DNA of 64,000 nt from Gemmatimonadota bacterium. Its GTDB lineage: Bacteria; Gemmatimonadota; Gemmatimonadetes; Longimicrobiales; Gaopeijiaceae. Both the position numbers and the translations under genes were made by a program. Shown piece by piece: positions 19,842 to 28,340 of this stretch. The stretch's first letter is position 1, and the number at the start of each line of letters is the position of its first letter. The stretch covers positions 2,496,001-2,560,000 of the forward strand of contig JAXHMG010000003.1 of assembly GCA_034521595.1 (NCBI GenBank), read 5' to 3'. Below the pieces are notes generated by a model. It searched no databases and was not told where the DNA came from. It saw only the letters and a list, made by a program, of their open reading frames with translations.

Positions 19842-22655
19842 TCATCGGCCGCTCCCCCAACTGAGCGAGAGCGACAAGGACCGTCCGACCTCGTACGATC
19901 GGAGCGTCCCTCCGCCCTGCGTGAATTCCACTTGATTGCCGAGCAGCCGGTTGGCCGAAAGCTTGGCGCTCCAGCCCGACGCGATCGGCCACTGCAGCAC
20001 CGCGTCCAACTGACCGCGCGCTTCTTCGTAGATCTCGGGCGAGGCCTGTGCCCCTACCGCGTCGATGCGACGACCGAATCGGTTGAAGAGGATGCTCGCC
20101 GACGCACCCCGATCGTCGTCCCAGGTGACGCCCAGGTTCAGGACGTACGGTGACTGGCCCTGGAGCCCGCGGCTCTTGGGATCCACACCGATCTCGGTGG
20201 GTCCGGTCCCGGGGACGTAGGCGTCGACGGTGCTCCGCGTGGTCACGTCCGATACGACGAGCGTCGTGTTGGCGTTGACCGAAAGAGATCGGAGGCCTTC
20301 CGAGAGGAACCCGAGATCCGACCTCGCCTCCACCTCCACTCCGTAATTGTCGGCTTCCCGGGCATTCACCCAGGTCTTCATCAACTCGCTGCTCGGAAGG
20401 ACGAAGGTTTCGATGGGACTGGAGAACTCCTTGTAGAAGCCGCTCACCGCGACCACCGACTGCGGCCCGCCGAACCACTCCCATCGCAGATCGAAATTCG
20501 AGATCCGGGTGCCCTCGAGCTGTGGGTTCCCGATGACCAGGAAGCCTCCCGCATAATCCGCGAAGGAAAACGGGGCGAGCTCACGAAGCTCCGCCCTGGC
20601 CAGAGTGCGCGACGCGCTCGCGCGCAGGTTCATCGTTTCGGACAGCGACAGCGTCGCGTTGATCGCCGGCAGGAGATCGGTCGACTCGATGTCCGCCCCC
20701 TCCACCGGAGGAAGCCCGGTATCCCAGAGGTCCTTCGGAGACACGGCCTGGCTCGTCCGCTCGACGCGCGCCCCTCCCGAGAAACGAAGTCCCGGGACGG
20801 GCTCGAGCTCGGCCATGAGGTAGGCCGCCTCGATCGTCTGCCGGGCGTCGTAGTTGTCCGTACGGAACGTGGCTTCGCGAATCTCGAAGCCGTCCGGGGC
20901 GATGTAGGGGCTCGAGGCGCCGAACAGCTCGTCGGGCGCCAGGGTGCGAACATCGTTCCCGATCGTGCCACCGGACTGCGGACGGAAGCGGAAGCGCCGT
21001 GTGTAGGCTTCCCGGTCCTTGTGCTCGACGCTCGAGCCCGCCGAGAGCGACGCGGGCAGCCCTGCGAGCTCGAACGGCAGTCGCAGCGAGGCCGCCCCAT
21101 TCCACCCGGAATCGACCATGTCCTGGTGAAACACCGAGCCGCTCTGGATGAAGTCGTCCCAGTAGAACTGCCCGTCGAACTCCCGGTATAGCACTTCCCG
21201 CGTGCTCGGTTCGTACCTGTTCGCCCGCGTGAGGGCGCCACGCCACTTGAACGTCGCATCGCTCAAGAAACGGAGGAGGTGCTCCCCTTCGAGCTGGCTG
21301 TTCAGGAGCGACTGTCCGAGGTACTGGACGCGGGAGTTCCACTGATCGGTGTTGGAGTCCAGATTGAAGCCGGTCAACACCCGTGACACGTCGTCCGTGA
21401 GGCGGTTATAGACGGTCTGGAGCTTGATCTGGTCACCCGCCCGGGGTTGGAAGGCGACGTTCGCCAGTGCGCCCAGGCTGATCGAGTGCTCTCCGATCTC
21501 TCCGGTGTAGTCGACTACCGGGTCGTCCACGCCGGATGTCGAGAAGACCCGCTCCACGAGATTCCGGCGAACGCTTTGACTCGAGGAGTAGTTCACGGAA
21601 GTGATGAACCCGAGGCGCCGGTCACCACCGAGGTCGATGTCGTCACCGAAGGTGGCGCCGAGACCGAAGTTGGGCGGAAGGCTGCGCTCGGTGGGTCCCC
21701 AGCCACCTTCGAATCCTCTCCCGATCTCCTGGAGCTCGGTGGACGAGAAGTTGGTCGGCGTGACCTGCACGTCTCTCGCAATGCCCGCCGGAAGACCACG
21801 GGTCCCGTCATCGAACCCGGTGAGGTCGAGGTCGCCACCCCGGTATCCGAGACCTTCCTCGAACGTGGCCGTGGAGTTCCACCCACCCGAGACGCTCACC
21901 GAGAAGATCCGGTTCGCGGGAAAGTCGCGCGTCCTCAGCTGAACGAGGCCGCCCGCTTGGTCTCCGGACTGGTCGGGGGAGTAGCTCTTGGAGGTGACGA
22001 TGCTCTGCAAGAGTCCCGAAGGGATCACGTCGAGCGGAATCGCATTCTTGTCCGGAACCGGTGAGGCGAGGGGAGCTCCGTTGAGCGTGGTCGCGCTGTA
22101 TCGCCCTCCGAGCCCGCGCACGTGCGCGAACTTCCCATCCACGACCGACAACCCGGGAACTCGACGCAACGCCGCCCCGGCGTCCCCATCGGGCGTACGG
22201 GCCATCTGCTCGGATCCGATGGCGTCGGAGACGACCGCCGAGCGCCGACGCTCGGACATGAGCGCGGTCGTGCTTCCCCGCTCCGCCCGCGAAGTCACGA
22301 CGACGCCTTCGACATCCACCGCCCGGGATTCGAGCGTCACGTCCAGGACCACGGTCTCGTCCCGGGTAACCTCCACGTCCGTGACCGTCTTCGTCCCGAA
22401 CCCGATGCGCTCTACGTGGACCTCGTGGATCCCCGCGGGCACGTCGCGTAGCACGTACCGACCGTCGACCGAGGAAAGCGCCCCGATGGTGCCCTCTCCC
22501 ACGAAGACCTGCGCGCTCGCCAGGGGCTCGGCCGTTTGCGCGCTGATGACGCGCCCGACGATGCGCCCCGTCTGTGCCTCGGCCGCAGCGGGCAGCCCGA
22601 GGAGGACGATGGCTACCAACAGGCCTTTGATCCACCTTCGCTTCATATCGTTCAT
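19842..22655 (-). CDS. TonB-dependent receptor with N-terminal carboxypeptidase-regulatory-like domain
   Basis: Signal peptide, plug region (LRRVPGLSV...VRGLGGRY...LDVIPS), beta-barrel motifs (LLPAINA, GNPQL, GQSPY); GAGGAG RBS. Confidence 0.93.
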   Translation of the reverse strand: MNDMKRRWIKGLLVAIVLLGLPAAAEAQTGRIVGRVISAQTAEPLASAQVFVGEGTIGALSSVDGRYVLRDVPAGIHEVHVERIGFGTKTVTDVEVTRDETVVLDVTLESRAVDVEGVVVTSRAERGSTTALMSERRRSAVVSDAIGSEQMARTPDGDAGAALRRVPGLSVVDGKFAHVRGLGGRYSATTLNGAPLASPVPDKNAIPLDVIPSGLLQSIVTSKSYSPDQSGDQAGGLVQLRTRDFPANRIFSVSVSGGWNSTATFEEGLGYRGGDLDLTGFDDGTRGLPAGIARDVQVTPTNFSSTELQEIGRGFEGGWGPTERSLPPNFGLGATFGDDIDLGGDRRLGFITSVNYSSSQSVRRNLVERVFSTSGVDDPVVDYTGEIGEHSISLGALANVAFQPRAGDQIKLQTVYNRLTDDVSRVLTGFNLDSNTDQWNSRVQYLGQSLLNSQLEGEHLLRFLSDATFKWRGALTRANRYEPSTREVLYREFDGQFYWDDFIQSGSVFHQDMVDSGWNGAASLRLPFELAGLPASLSAGSSVEHKDREAYTRRFRFRPQSGGTIGNDVRTLAPDELFGASSPYIAPDGFEIREATFRTDNYDARQTIEAAYLMAELEPVPGLRFSGGARVERTSQAVSPKDLWDTGLPPVEGADIESTDLLPAINATLSLSETMNLRASASRTLARAELRELAPFSFADYAGGFLVIGNPQLEGTRISNFDLRWEWFGGPQSVVAVSGFYKEFSSPIETFVLPSSELMKTWVNAREADNYGVEVEARSDLGFLSEGLRSLSVNANTTLVVSDVTTRSTVDAYVPGTGPTEIGVDPKSRGLQGQSPYVLNLGVTWDDDRGASASILFNRFGRRIDAVGAQASPEIYEEARGQLDAVLQWPIASGWSAKLSANRLLGNQVEFTQGGGTLRSYEVGRSLSLSLSWGSGR

Positions 22656-22728
22656 TGCTCCTCACCGTTGCCTGAGTGGAACGGGCCAACTCGCTCAAGG
22701 AGCCCCGCGCTCCCTTTTGCATGATCGA

Positions 22729-22783
22729 AGCTTAGAGGGGGCGGGTAACGGCGAAGGCTCGGGATCCGTAACAGTGGGGTAAC
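22729..22783 (-). promoter_or_regulatory. Putative Pho box and -10 element upstream of the TonB-dependent receptor
   Basis: GTTAC at 22783-22779 and 22772-22768 (11-bp period), a third copy at 22749-22745, TAAGCT at 22734-22729; same layout as at pstS. Confidence 0.6.
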
Positions 22784-22820
22784 GCGAAGCGAGGGTTGGC
22801 GCGGCGAGGGGAAAACGACG

Positions 22821-22855
22821 AAAAAGGGGCGCCCCTCCGGATGGAGGAGCGCCCC
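22821..22855 (-). terminator. Intrinsic terminator after the nucleotidyltransferase gene
   Basis: Minus strand GGGGCGCTCCTCC-ATCC-GGAGGGGCGCCCC followed by TTTTT. Confidence 0.75.
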
Positions 22856-22898
22856 GACCTGCCGAGCGTCGCCGAATCGTCGCGCGGATTGCGGCCCG

Positions 22899-23897
22899 CT
22901 ATCCCCCGTCCACCAGGGAGTCGTCGGTCACGGAGAGTGTCGCGCTGACGTCCCGAACGACGGCCCGCGCGCCCAGGATGGAGTCGTGGAGGGCCGCCCG
23001 CTCCAGCCGCGCGTCCACTCCCACGACACTGTCCCGGACCGTGGAGTCGGTCAGGTGGGTGCCCCGTTCGAGCGTGACGTTCGGCCCGATGGTACCGCCC
23101 CGCACGACCACGCCTTCCTCGAGCCTCACGGGCTCGACGATCTCGGCACCTTCCACCGTCGCGCCGGAATCCACGCCCCCGCGCGTGGTTGCCACCAGAT
23201 GCGCGTTCGTCTCCAGCAAGGTCTCCGGCTTTCCGGCATCCCACCAACCGCGCACGGGCGCCGTGAGAATCTTGCTCCCGTGGTCCACCATGTACTGGAA
23301 GGCGTCGGTCAGATAGAACTCACCCGACGGTCCGGGGGGCGAGTCGAGGGCGTGTCGAATCCCTTCGAAGAGCAATTCGTGCTCCCGGATGTGATAGAGG
23401 CCGATGTTCGCGAGCCTGGACACGGGCTCGGAAGGCTTCTCCACGATTCGGGTCATCGTGCCGTCGTCGTCCGTGACGATCACCCCGAAGCGCTGATAGT
23501 CCTCGACCTCTTTGGCCCAGATGACCCCCGCGTACTTGGGATCCAGCGACCGAGCCAACTCGTAGTCCACCTCGAGCACCGCATCGGGAAACACGATCAG
23601 CAGCTCGTCGTCGATGAACGGTTCGGCGAGGCCCACGGCTCCGGCGGTCCCGTCCTGAACTTCCTGCAGGACGTAGTGCCCCCGTATTTGCGGGTACTCC
23701 GCCTTGATCCACTCTTCGATGGTGTCGCGAAGGTAGCCGACGACGAAGACCATCTCCTCGACACCCACGTCGATCAGGTCGTCGAGGATATAGGCCAGAA
23801 CCGGCTTCCCGGCGACCTTGAGGAGCGGCTTGGGGGTATGGTGCGTGTGCGGGCGGAGGCGGGTGCCTTTCCCGGCGAGGGGGATGACGGCTTTCAT
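22899..23897 (-). CDS. Sugar-phosphate nucleotidyltransferase (glucose-1-phosphate thymidylyltransferase-like, long form)
   Basis: AGKGTRLRPHT...PKPL, EKP, WWDAG, C-terminal left-handed beta-helix repeats. Confidence 0.9.
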   Translation of the reverse strand: MKAVIPLAGKGTRLRPHTHHTPKPLLKVAGKPVLAYILDDLIDVGVEEMVFVVGYLRDTIEEWIKAEYPQIRGHYVLQEVQDGTAGAVGLAEPFIDDELLIVFPDAVLEVDYELARSLDPKYAGVIWAKEVEDYQRFGVIVTDDDGTMTRIVEKPSEPVSRLANIGLYHIREHELLFEGIRHALDSPPGPSGEFYLTDAFQYMVDHGSKILTAPVRGWWDAGKPETLLETNAHLVATTRGGVDSGATVEGAEIVEPVRLEEGVVVRGGTIGPNVTLERGTHLTDSTVRDSVVGVDARLERAALHDSILGARAVVRDVSATLSVTDDSLVDGG

Positions 23898-23975
23898 GGG
23901 CTCCGGTCTTGGCGGTACGCGAAGGTTGGCGCCACACTATACGCAACCGAAGCGTCGTTGTCAGGGAGAAGTGCG

Positions 23976-24806
23976 ATGAGACCCAGAGGGAAGGCGGCAT
24001 CCGTAGCGTTGGCCGGCTGGCTGCTGTTGGGCGGGTGCGCGGGATCGACCGCCGGGGGGAGCGAGGCCACGGGCGGCAACGCACCCGCACCGCGCACCGA
24101 CCCGGCGCTGGAGGAACCGAACGTCTACGAGGTCCCGGTCGAAGCCTTCGCCCCCGACGAGGAGCGGCCCGCGTTCATCCAAGTCCGCGGAGGCGCGAGT
24201 GTGACGCTCCCCGCCGACCGAGCCAGCGTGACGTTCGCCGTGGAGACGCGCGCCGTCACCGCCACCGACGCGGCCGCTGAAAACGCGAACCTCATGGATG
24301 CCGTGCTCCGGGCCGTTCGCGAGGCGGGCTTCGCGGATCTTACCATCGAGACGTTCGGATACACGTTGCAGCCGGACTACATCGTACGGGACGACCGCTC
24401 GAGGGAGATCGAAGGGTATACCTCGTTGAACAACGTGCGGGCGCGCGTGCACGACATGGAATCCATCGGATCAGTCGTCGACGCGGCCATCGCGGCGGGT
24501 GCCAACCGGATCGCTTCCATCGATTTCGAAGCTTCCGACACCGAGGCCGCACGTTCCGAGGCGCTGGCCGAAGCCGTCCGGAGCGCCCGCTCACAGGCCC
24601 GTGCCATCGCCGCTTCGCTCGGGTACGAGCTCGGGCCGGTCCTGGAAGTGCGGGGGGGCGCCGACCGCTCGGACCCGCCGGGCATCGAGACCATGCTCAT
24701 GCGTAATGAAACCGCCTCGACACCGATCGAGGCGGGAACCCGTGCCGTGAGCGCGAACGTGACCGTGCGCTTCGCGCTCGGCAGCGCCCTCCCCGGCGGA
24801 CAGTGA
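23976..24806 (+). CDS. SIMPL (DUF541) domain lipoprotein
   Basis: LGGC lipobox; VRGGASV.LPADRA.V, LQPDY, AIAAGANRI, PIEAG...VTVRF pattern. Confidence 0.85.
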   Translation: MRPRGKAASVALAGWLLLGGCAGSTAGGSEATGGNAPAPRTDPALEEPNVYEVPVEAFAPDEERPAFIQVRGGASVTLPADRASVTFAVETRAVTATDAAAENANLMDAVLRAVREAGFADLTIETFGYTLQPDYIVRDDRSREIEGYTSLNNVRARVHDMESIGSVVDAAIAAGANRIASIDFEASDTEAARSEALAEAVRSARSQARAIAASLGYELGPVLEVRGGADRSDPPGIETMLMRNETASTPIEAGTRAVSANVTVRFALGSALPGGQ

Positions 24807-25249
24807 GCGAGTCGACCGAGCCCGGTGCCTCGACCGAGTCGTGGGGCACGGCGACCGATCCGCACGCCGCGGACACCGGTCTCCGCGGGCGCACCTACGC
24901 GATTCCCTTCGATCGCGTGTGGAAGGCGGCCCGTGGCCTGGCCGACGGGGGACTGCGCCGATGGTCGCTGGTGCGCGACGACGATCGGGAAGGAACGCTG
25001 GAAGCCCGCAGCAGGACGTGGCCGCTGGGCCGTGTCGACGAGGTGATGGTCTCAGTCGGGCTGGACGAGAACGGTCAGACCCGCGTCGACCTTCGATGCC
25101 GACGCATTGGCGACCAGGTGGTGCAGCGGCGCCACCCCCGCCTCGTGAGGACCTTCTTCGCGAGACTCGACCGGGCCCTGGGCGCCACGGCCGCCGACGT
25201 GCTCGATCCGACCCGCCCACCTCCGTGGGCGGAGGAAGCTCCGCGGTGA
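24803..25249 (+). CDS. DUF1499-like hypothetical protein
   Basis: LRGRTYAIPF..VW, LEA.SRT...G.VDEV, TRVD pattern; GTGA overlaps at both ends. Confidence 0.65.
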   Translation: MSESTEPGASTESWGTATDPHAADTGLRGRTYAIPFDRVWKAARGLADGGLRRWSLVRDDDREGTLEARSRTWPLGRVDEVMVSVGLDENGQTRVDLRCRRIGDQVVQRRHPRLVRTFFARLDRALGATAADVLDPTRPPPWAEEAPR

Positions 25250-26232
25250 ATATCCCCAGGTTTCCGGTATCCCGCCGGCTCTCCGCGCTCGTCCGTCGTA
25301 GCCTTCTCGTGCTCTCGGCGGTCCTCCTCTCCGCCTGCGGTGGTTCCGAACCCGAAGCGCTCCCGTCGGACGGAGAGAACGGCTCCACGGACGCGAGCGA
25401 ACAGAAGGTCCAGCGAACCTACGAACGGAGCTTCGCGTTCATGGCGGAGCTCGGCGACAGCCTCCTGCTGGTGCCCTGGATCATGAGAAACGAGGCTCGG
25501 GCCGACTCCGTCACGCGCGAGGCGGGAGGCTGGCTCGCACGGGGCGGCGAATGGGAGCCCTTCTACCACGAGCGGTGGAGCACCCCCGGAGACCGCGCAC
25601 CGGAAAGGATCCTGCCTCACCGCAGCCTGAGCCTCGTGGTCCGTGACGGAGGCGTGGTCGACGGCCTGCTGTTCCAGGACGGGCTCCGGAACCTCGAGAT
25701 CCTCATGGGTGAGGTGCTCGCGGCCTGGGTCGGACCCAACGGGGAAACGCTCGACGTCATGCGAGGCTCGGCATATTTGTCCGACGAGCGGGTCGATGGG
25801 CGAGTCGTGGACGTGTCTCGGTCCTGGAGCGCCGAAGGCCCACCCGCGGGCGACTGGGCGTTTCTGATCTCCGGGGATTCCGTGGAGCTCGCCCTCGCCG
25901 GCGATGTGGAGCACGGCCTGGATCGTGACCCCGTCTACCGAGGCTGGGCACAGATCGGCGCAGAAGACCTGGTCTGGCCCGAAGTGGACCTCGCGTGGAC
26001 GGACCGCGAAGGGTTCCCGCCGGCGAGACGCGACGTGCCCACGGCTTGGCGCATCCGTTCCGGTGACGGAAGCCTCACCGGCACGCTCGAGAGCGTCAGC
26101 TCGGAGACGCAAGCCGGCGAAGGGCCTGGGCCCCTGCTGCCCGTGCGGGCGCTCGTGGAGGTTTCCGGAGAGATCACGACCGTGGAAGGCCGCTTCCCGG
26201 TGCGAGGGCTGCTCATTCACGAACGCAGGTGA
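25246..26232 (+). CDS. Hypothetical lipoprotein
   Basis: GTG overlapping the previous stop; LSAC lipobox; beta-rich body. Confidence 0.7.
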   Translation: MNIPRFPVSRRLSALVRRSLLVLSAVLLSACGGSEPEALPSDGENGSTDASEQKVQRTYERSFAFMAELGDSLLLVPWIMRNEARADSVTREAGGWLARGGEWEPFYHERWSTPGDRAPERILPHRSLSLVVRDGGVVDGLLFQDGLRNLEILMGEVLAAWVGPNGETLDVMRGSAYLSDERVDGRVVDVSRSWSAEGPPAGDWAFLISGDSVELALAGDVEHGLDRDPVYRGWAQIGAEDLVWPEVDLAWTDREGFPPARRDVPTAWRIRSGDGSLTGTLESVSSETQAGEGPGPLLPVRALVEVSGEITTVEGRFPVRGLLIHERR

Positions 26233-26238
26233 CGGCAC

Positions 26239-27810
26239 ATGCCCGACGACGTGCTGCGGGCCCTCCTCACCGTCGGCTTTGGGGCGCTCGCCGGTGGGCT
26301 GACCAACACGATCGCCATTTGGATGCTCTTCCATCCTTACGAGCCCCCGCGGCTCTTCGGTCGGTGGCGCCTCACGTTTTTCCAAGGTGCGATCCCCAAG
26401 AGCCAGGGCCGATTGGCCGCAGCGATCGGTCGCACGGTAGGGAACAGGCTCCTCACGCACGAAGACCTGACGCGGACGTTCGCGAACCGCGAGTTTCGCG
26501 AAGCCTTCGACCGCAGGCTGGCCGCATTCCTGGACGAAGTGTTGCACAAGGAGCGGGGTCCGTTGCGCGAGCTGCTTCCCAGCGGAGCCGCCTCGGACAT
26601 GGAAGCGCTCCTCGACGACGCCATCGGCCACGGCATCGAGCAGCTCGAGGCATACCTCGAGAGCGAAGCGTTCGAGGAACAGGTTCGTCGTCGCACGGAC
26701 CAACTGATCGCGACCGTCGCGGACCAGCCGGTGGGCGGCGTGCTCACCCCGGCCCGAGGTGCGGCCGTCGAATCCGCGGTGGACGATTGGCTCGAAAGCG
26801 CCGTCGAGAGCAGCGAATTCACGGTGGCGGTCGACGACTACCTGGATCGCGGCTCGCGCAAGCTCCTGAGTGCGGACAGGACGTTCGAAGACATCCTTCC
26901 CCAGGGATTGGCCGGCTCCGTGGAGCGAGCGATCGCGAGTTATCTACCCCTCGCCGCCGAGCGCCTCGGCGGGCTTCTCGAGGATCCCGAGGCACGGGCG
27001 AAATTCGAGTCGACGATCCACGAGCTCCTCCATCGATTCCTCCGCGACCTCAAGTTCCACCAGCGAGTCATGGCTCGACTCGTGGTGAACGAGGACACCG
27101 TCGATCGCGTGTTGGACACGATCGAAGCCGAAGGAGCCCAACGGCTCTCCGAGATCCTCCAGGACCCGCCGGTCCAGGCCGCCATCGCTCGCAGCGTCAA
27201 CGAAGCGATCATCGACCTGTTGCACCGCCCGGTGGCCGACGTCCTCGGAGACGCCGACGACCCGAGCATTGTCGAAGCAAGGGCGACGTTGAGAGGCTGG
27301 ATCGTGGACATGGCCCGCGACGAAGAGAGCCGAGCGTTCCTGGTCGAGAAGCTCAGGAACGGCCTCGACCGCGCGGGCGCCAAAACCTGGGGAGACGTGC
27401 TCGAGCGCCTGCCCCCGGACCGGATCGCCTCCGCGATCGTCGCGGCGGCACGCACCGACAGCGTGAGTCGGATCGCAACGACCACGGCAGAGCGGGTCGC
27501 GAAGGGTCTACTCGATCGGCCGATCGGTACGCCGTCGCGATGGTTGCCGCCGGACGGAGCCCGGCGCATCGAAGCGGCGATCGGCGATCCGCTGTGGTCG
27601 TGGCTCCAGACCCAGGTGCCCGACGTGGTCGAGCGCATCGACGTGGCCCGTCGGGTCGAGGAAAAGGTTCTCCATTTCCCGACCCCACGCATGGAGGAGC
27701 TCGTCCGCAAGGTCACGGACCGTGAGCTACGGATGATCGTGCGGCTGGGCTACTTGCTCGGAGCGATCATCGGCCTCGCCCTGGTGGCCGTAGACAGCAC
27801 GCTGGGTTGA
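26239..27810 (+). CDS. DUF445 family membrane-anchored protein
   Basis: GGLTNTIAIWMLFHP N-terminus and ELRMIVRLGYLLGAIIG C-terminal TM, typical of DUF445. Confidence 0.85.
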   Translation: MPDDVLRALLTVGFGALAGGLTNTIAIWMLFHPYEPPRLFGRWRLTFFQGAIPKSQGRLAAAIGRTVGNRLLTHEDLTRTFANREFREAFDRRLAAFLDEVLHKERGPLRELLPSGAASDMEALLDDAIGHGIEQLEAYLESEAFEEQVRRRTDQLIATVADQPVGGVLTPARGAAVESAVDDWLESAVESSEFTVAVDDYLDRGSRKLLSADRTFEDILPQGLAGSVERAIASYLPLAAERLGGLLEDPEARAKFESTIHELLHRFLRDLKFHQRVMARLVVNEDTVDRVLDTIEAEGAQRLSEILQDPPVQAAIARSVNEAIIDLLHRPVADVLGDADDPSIVEARATLRGWIVDMARDEESRAFLVEKLRNGLDRAGAKTWGDVLERLPPDRIASAIVAAARTDSVSRIATTTAERVAKGLLDRPIGTPSRWLPPDGARRIEAAIGDPLWSWLQTQVPDVVERIDVARRVEEKVLHFPTPRMEELVRKVTDRELRMIVRLGYLLGAIIGLALVAVDSTLG

Positions 27811-27854
27811 GGGGCGGGACCTCGTCCCGCGCCGTGCCTCGACCGGGAACGGTG

Positions 27855-28106
27855 CTAGCGGTCGTCCGGCGACTCCAGCGTGAATCCACGGCGGTCGCCG
27901 CTACGCCGTCCGGATCGCGCGTTCGCCTTGCGTTGGAACCACGCGAGGGGCGTGAACGCTTTCTTCGTCTTGCGGCGCCGTCTTCCGCCTTCGGCCATGA
28001 TTCGCTCGATCTCCTCCGGCGTCTGCTCATACCGGCCGGGGAGCCCGAGCCAGATACCGAACCCGAGCGCGAGAATGCCGCTGACGACCCAGAACGCTAC
28101 CGTCAC
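27855..28106 (-). CDS. Small membrane-anchored basic protein (83 aa)
   Basis: GTG at 28106 overlaps the upstream TGA; N-terminal TM (VAFWVVSGILALGFGIWLGL) then an Arg/Lys-rich tail. Confidence 0.6.
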   Translation of the reverse strand: MTVAFWVVSGILALGFGIWLGLPGRYEQTPEEIERIMAEGGRRRRKTKKAFTPLAWFQRKANARSGRRSGDRRGFTLESPDDR

Positions 28107-28252
28107 TTCTTCGTAGCGGTCTCGAAGACGAGCAGCCCGAGGCCGATGGAAAGGATGATCGCCACGGCGTTCGTACCGACAGCCACCATCGCGATCACGG
28201 TCCAGAAGATCACGTGCGTGAAGAGGTAGCCACCGGGGACCAGATCGAGCAT
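28103..28252 (-). CDS. Small hydrophobic protein (49 aa)
   Basis: Hand translation MLDLVPGGYLFTHVIFWTVIAMVAVGTNAVAIILSIGLGLLVFETATKK*; GC-rich third positions; below the ORF-track length cutoff. Confidence 0.55.
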   Translation of the reverse strand: MLDLVPGGYLFTHVIFWTVIAMVAVGTNAVAIILSIGLGLLVFETATKK

Positions 28253-28340
28253 CGTCTTGACTCTTCGGATGAGGTTGCGATGCGTTGAATATGCTCGCGC
28301 ACACGGCCGCTGTCACCCCCGGAGCAGGGCAGGAACCCTT

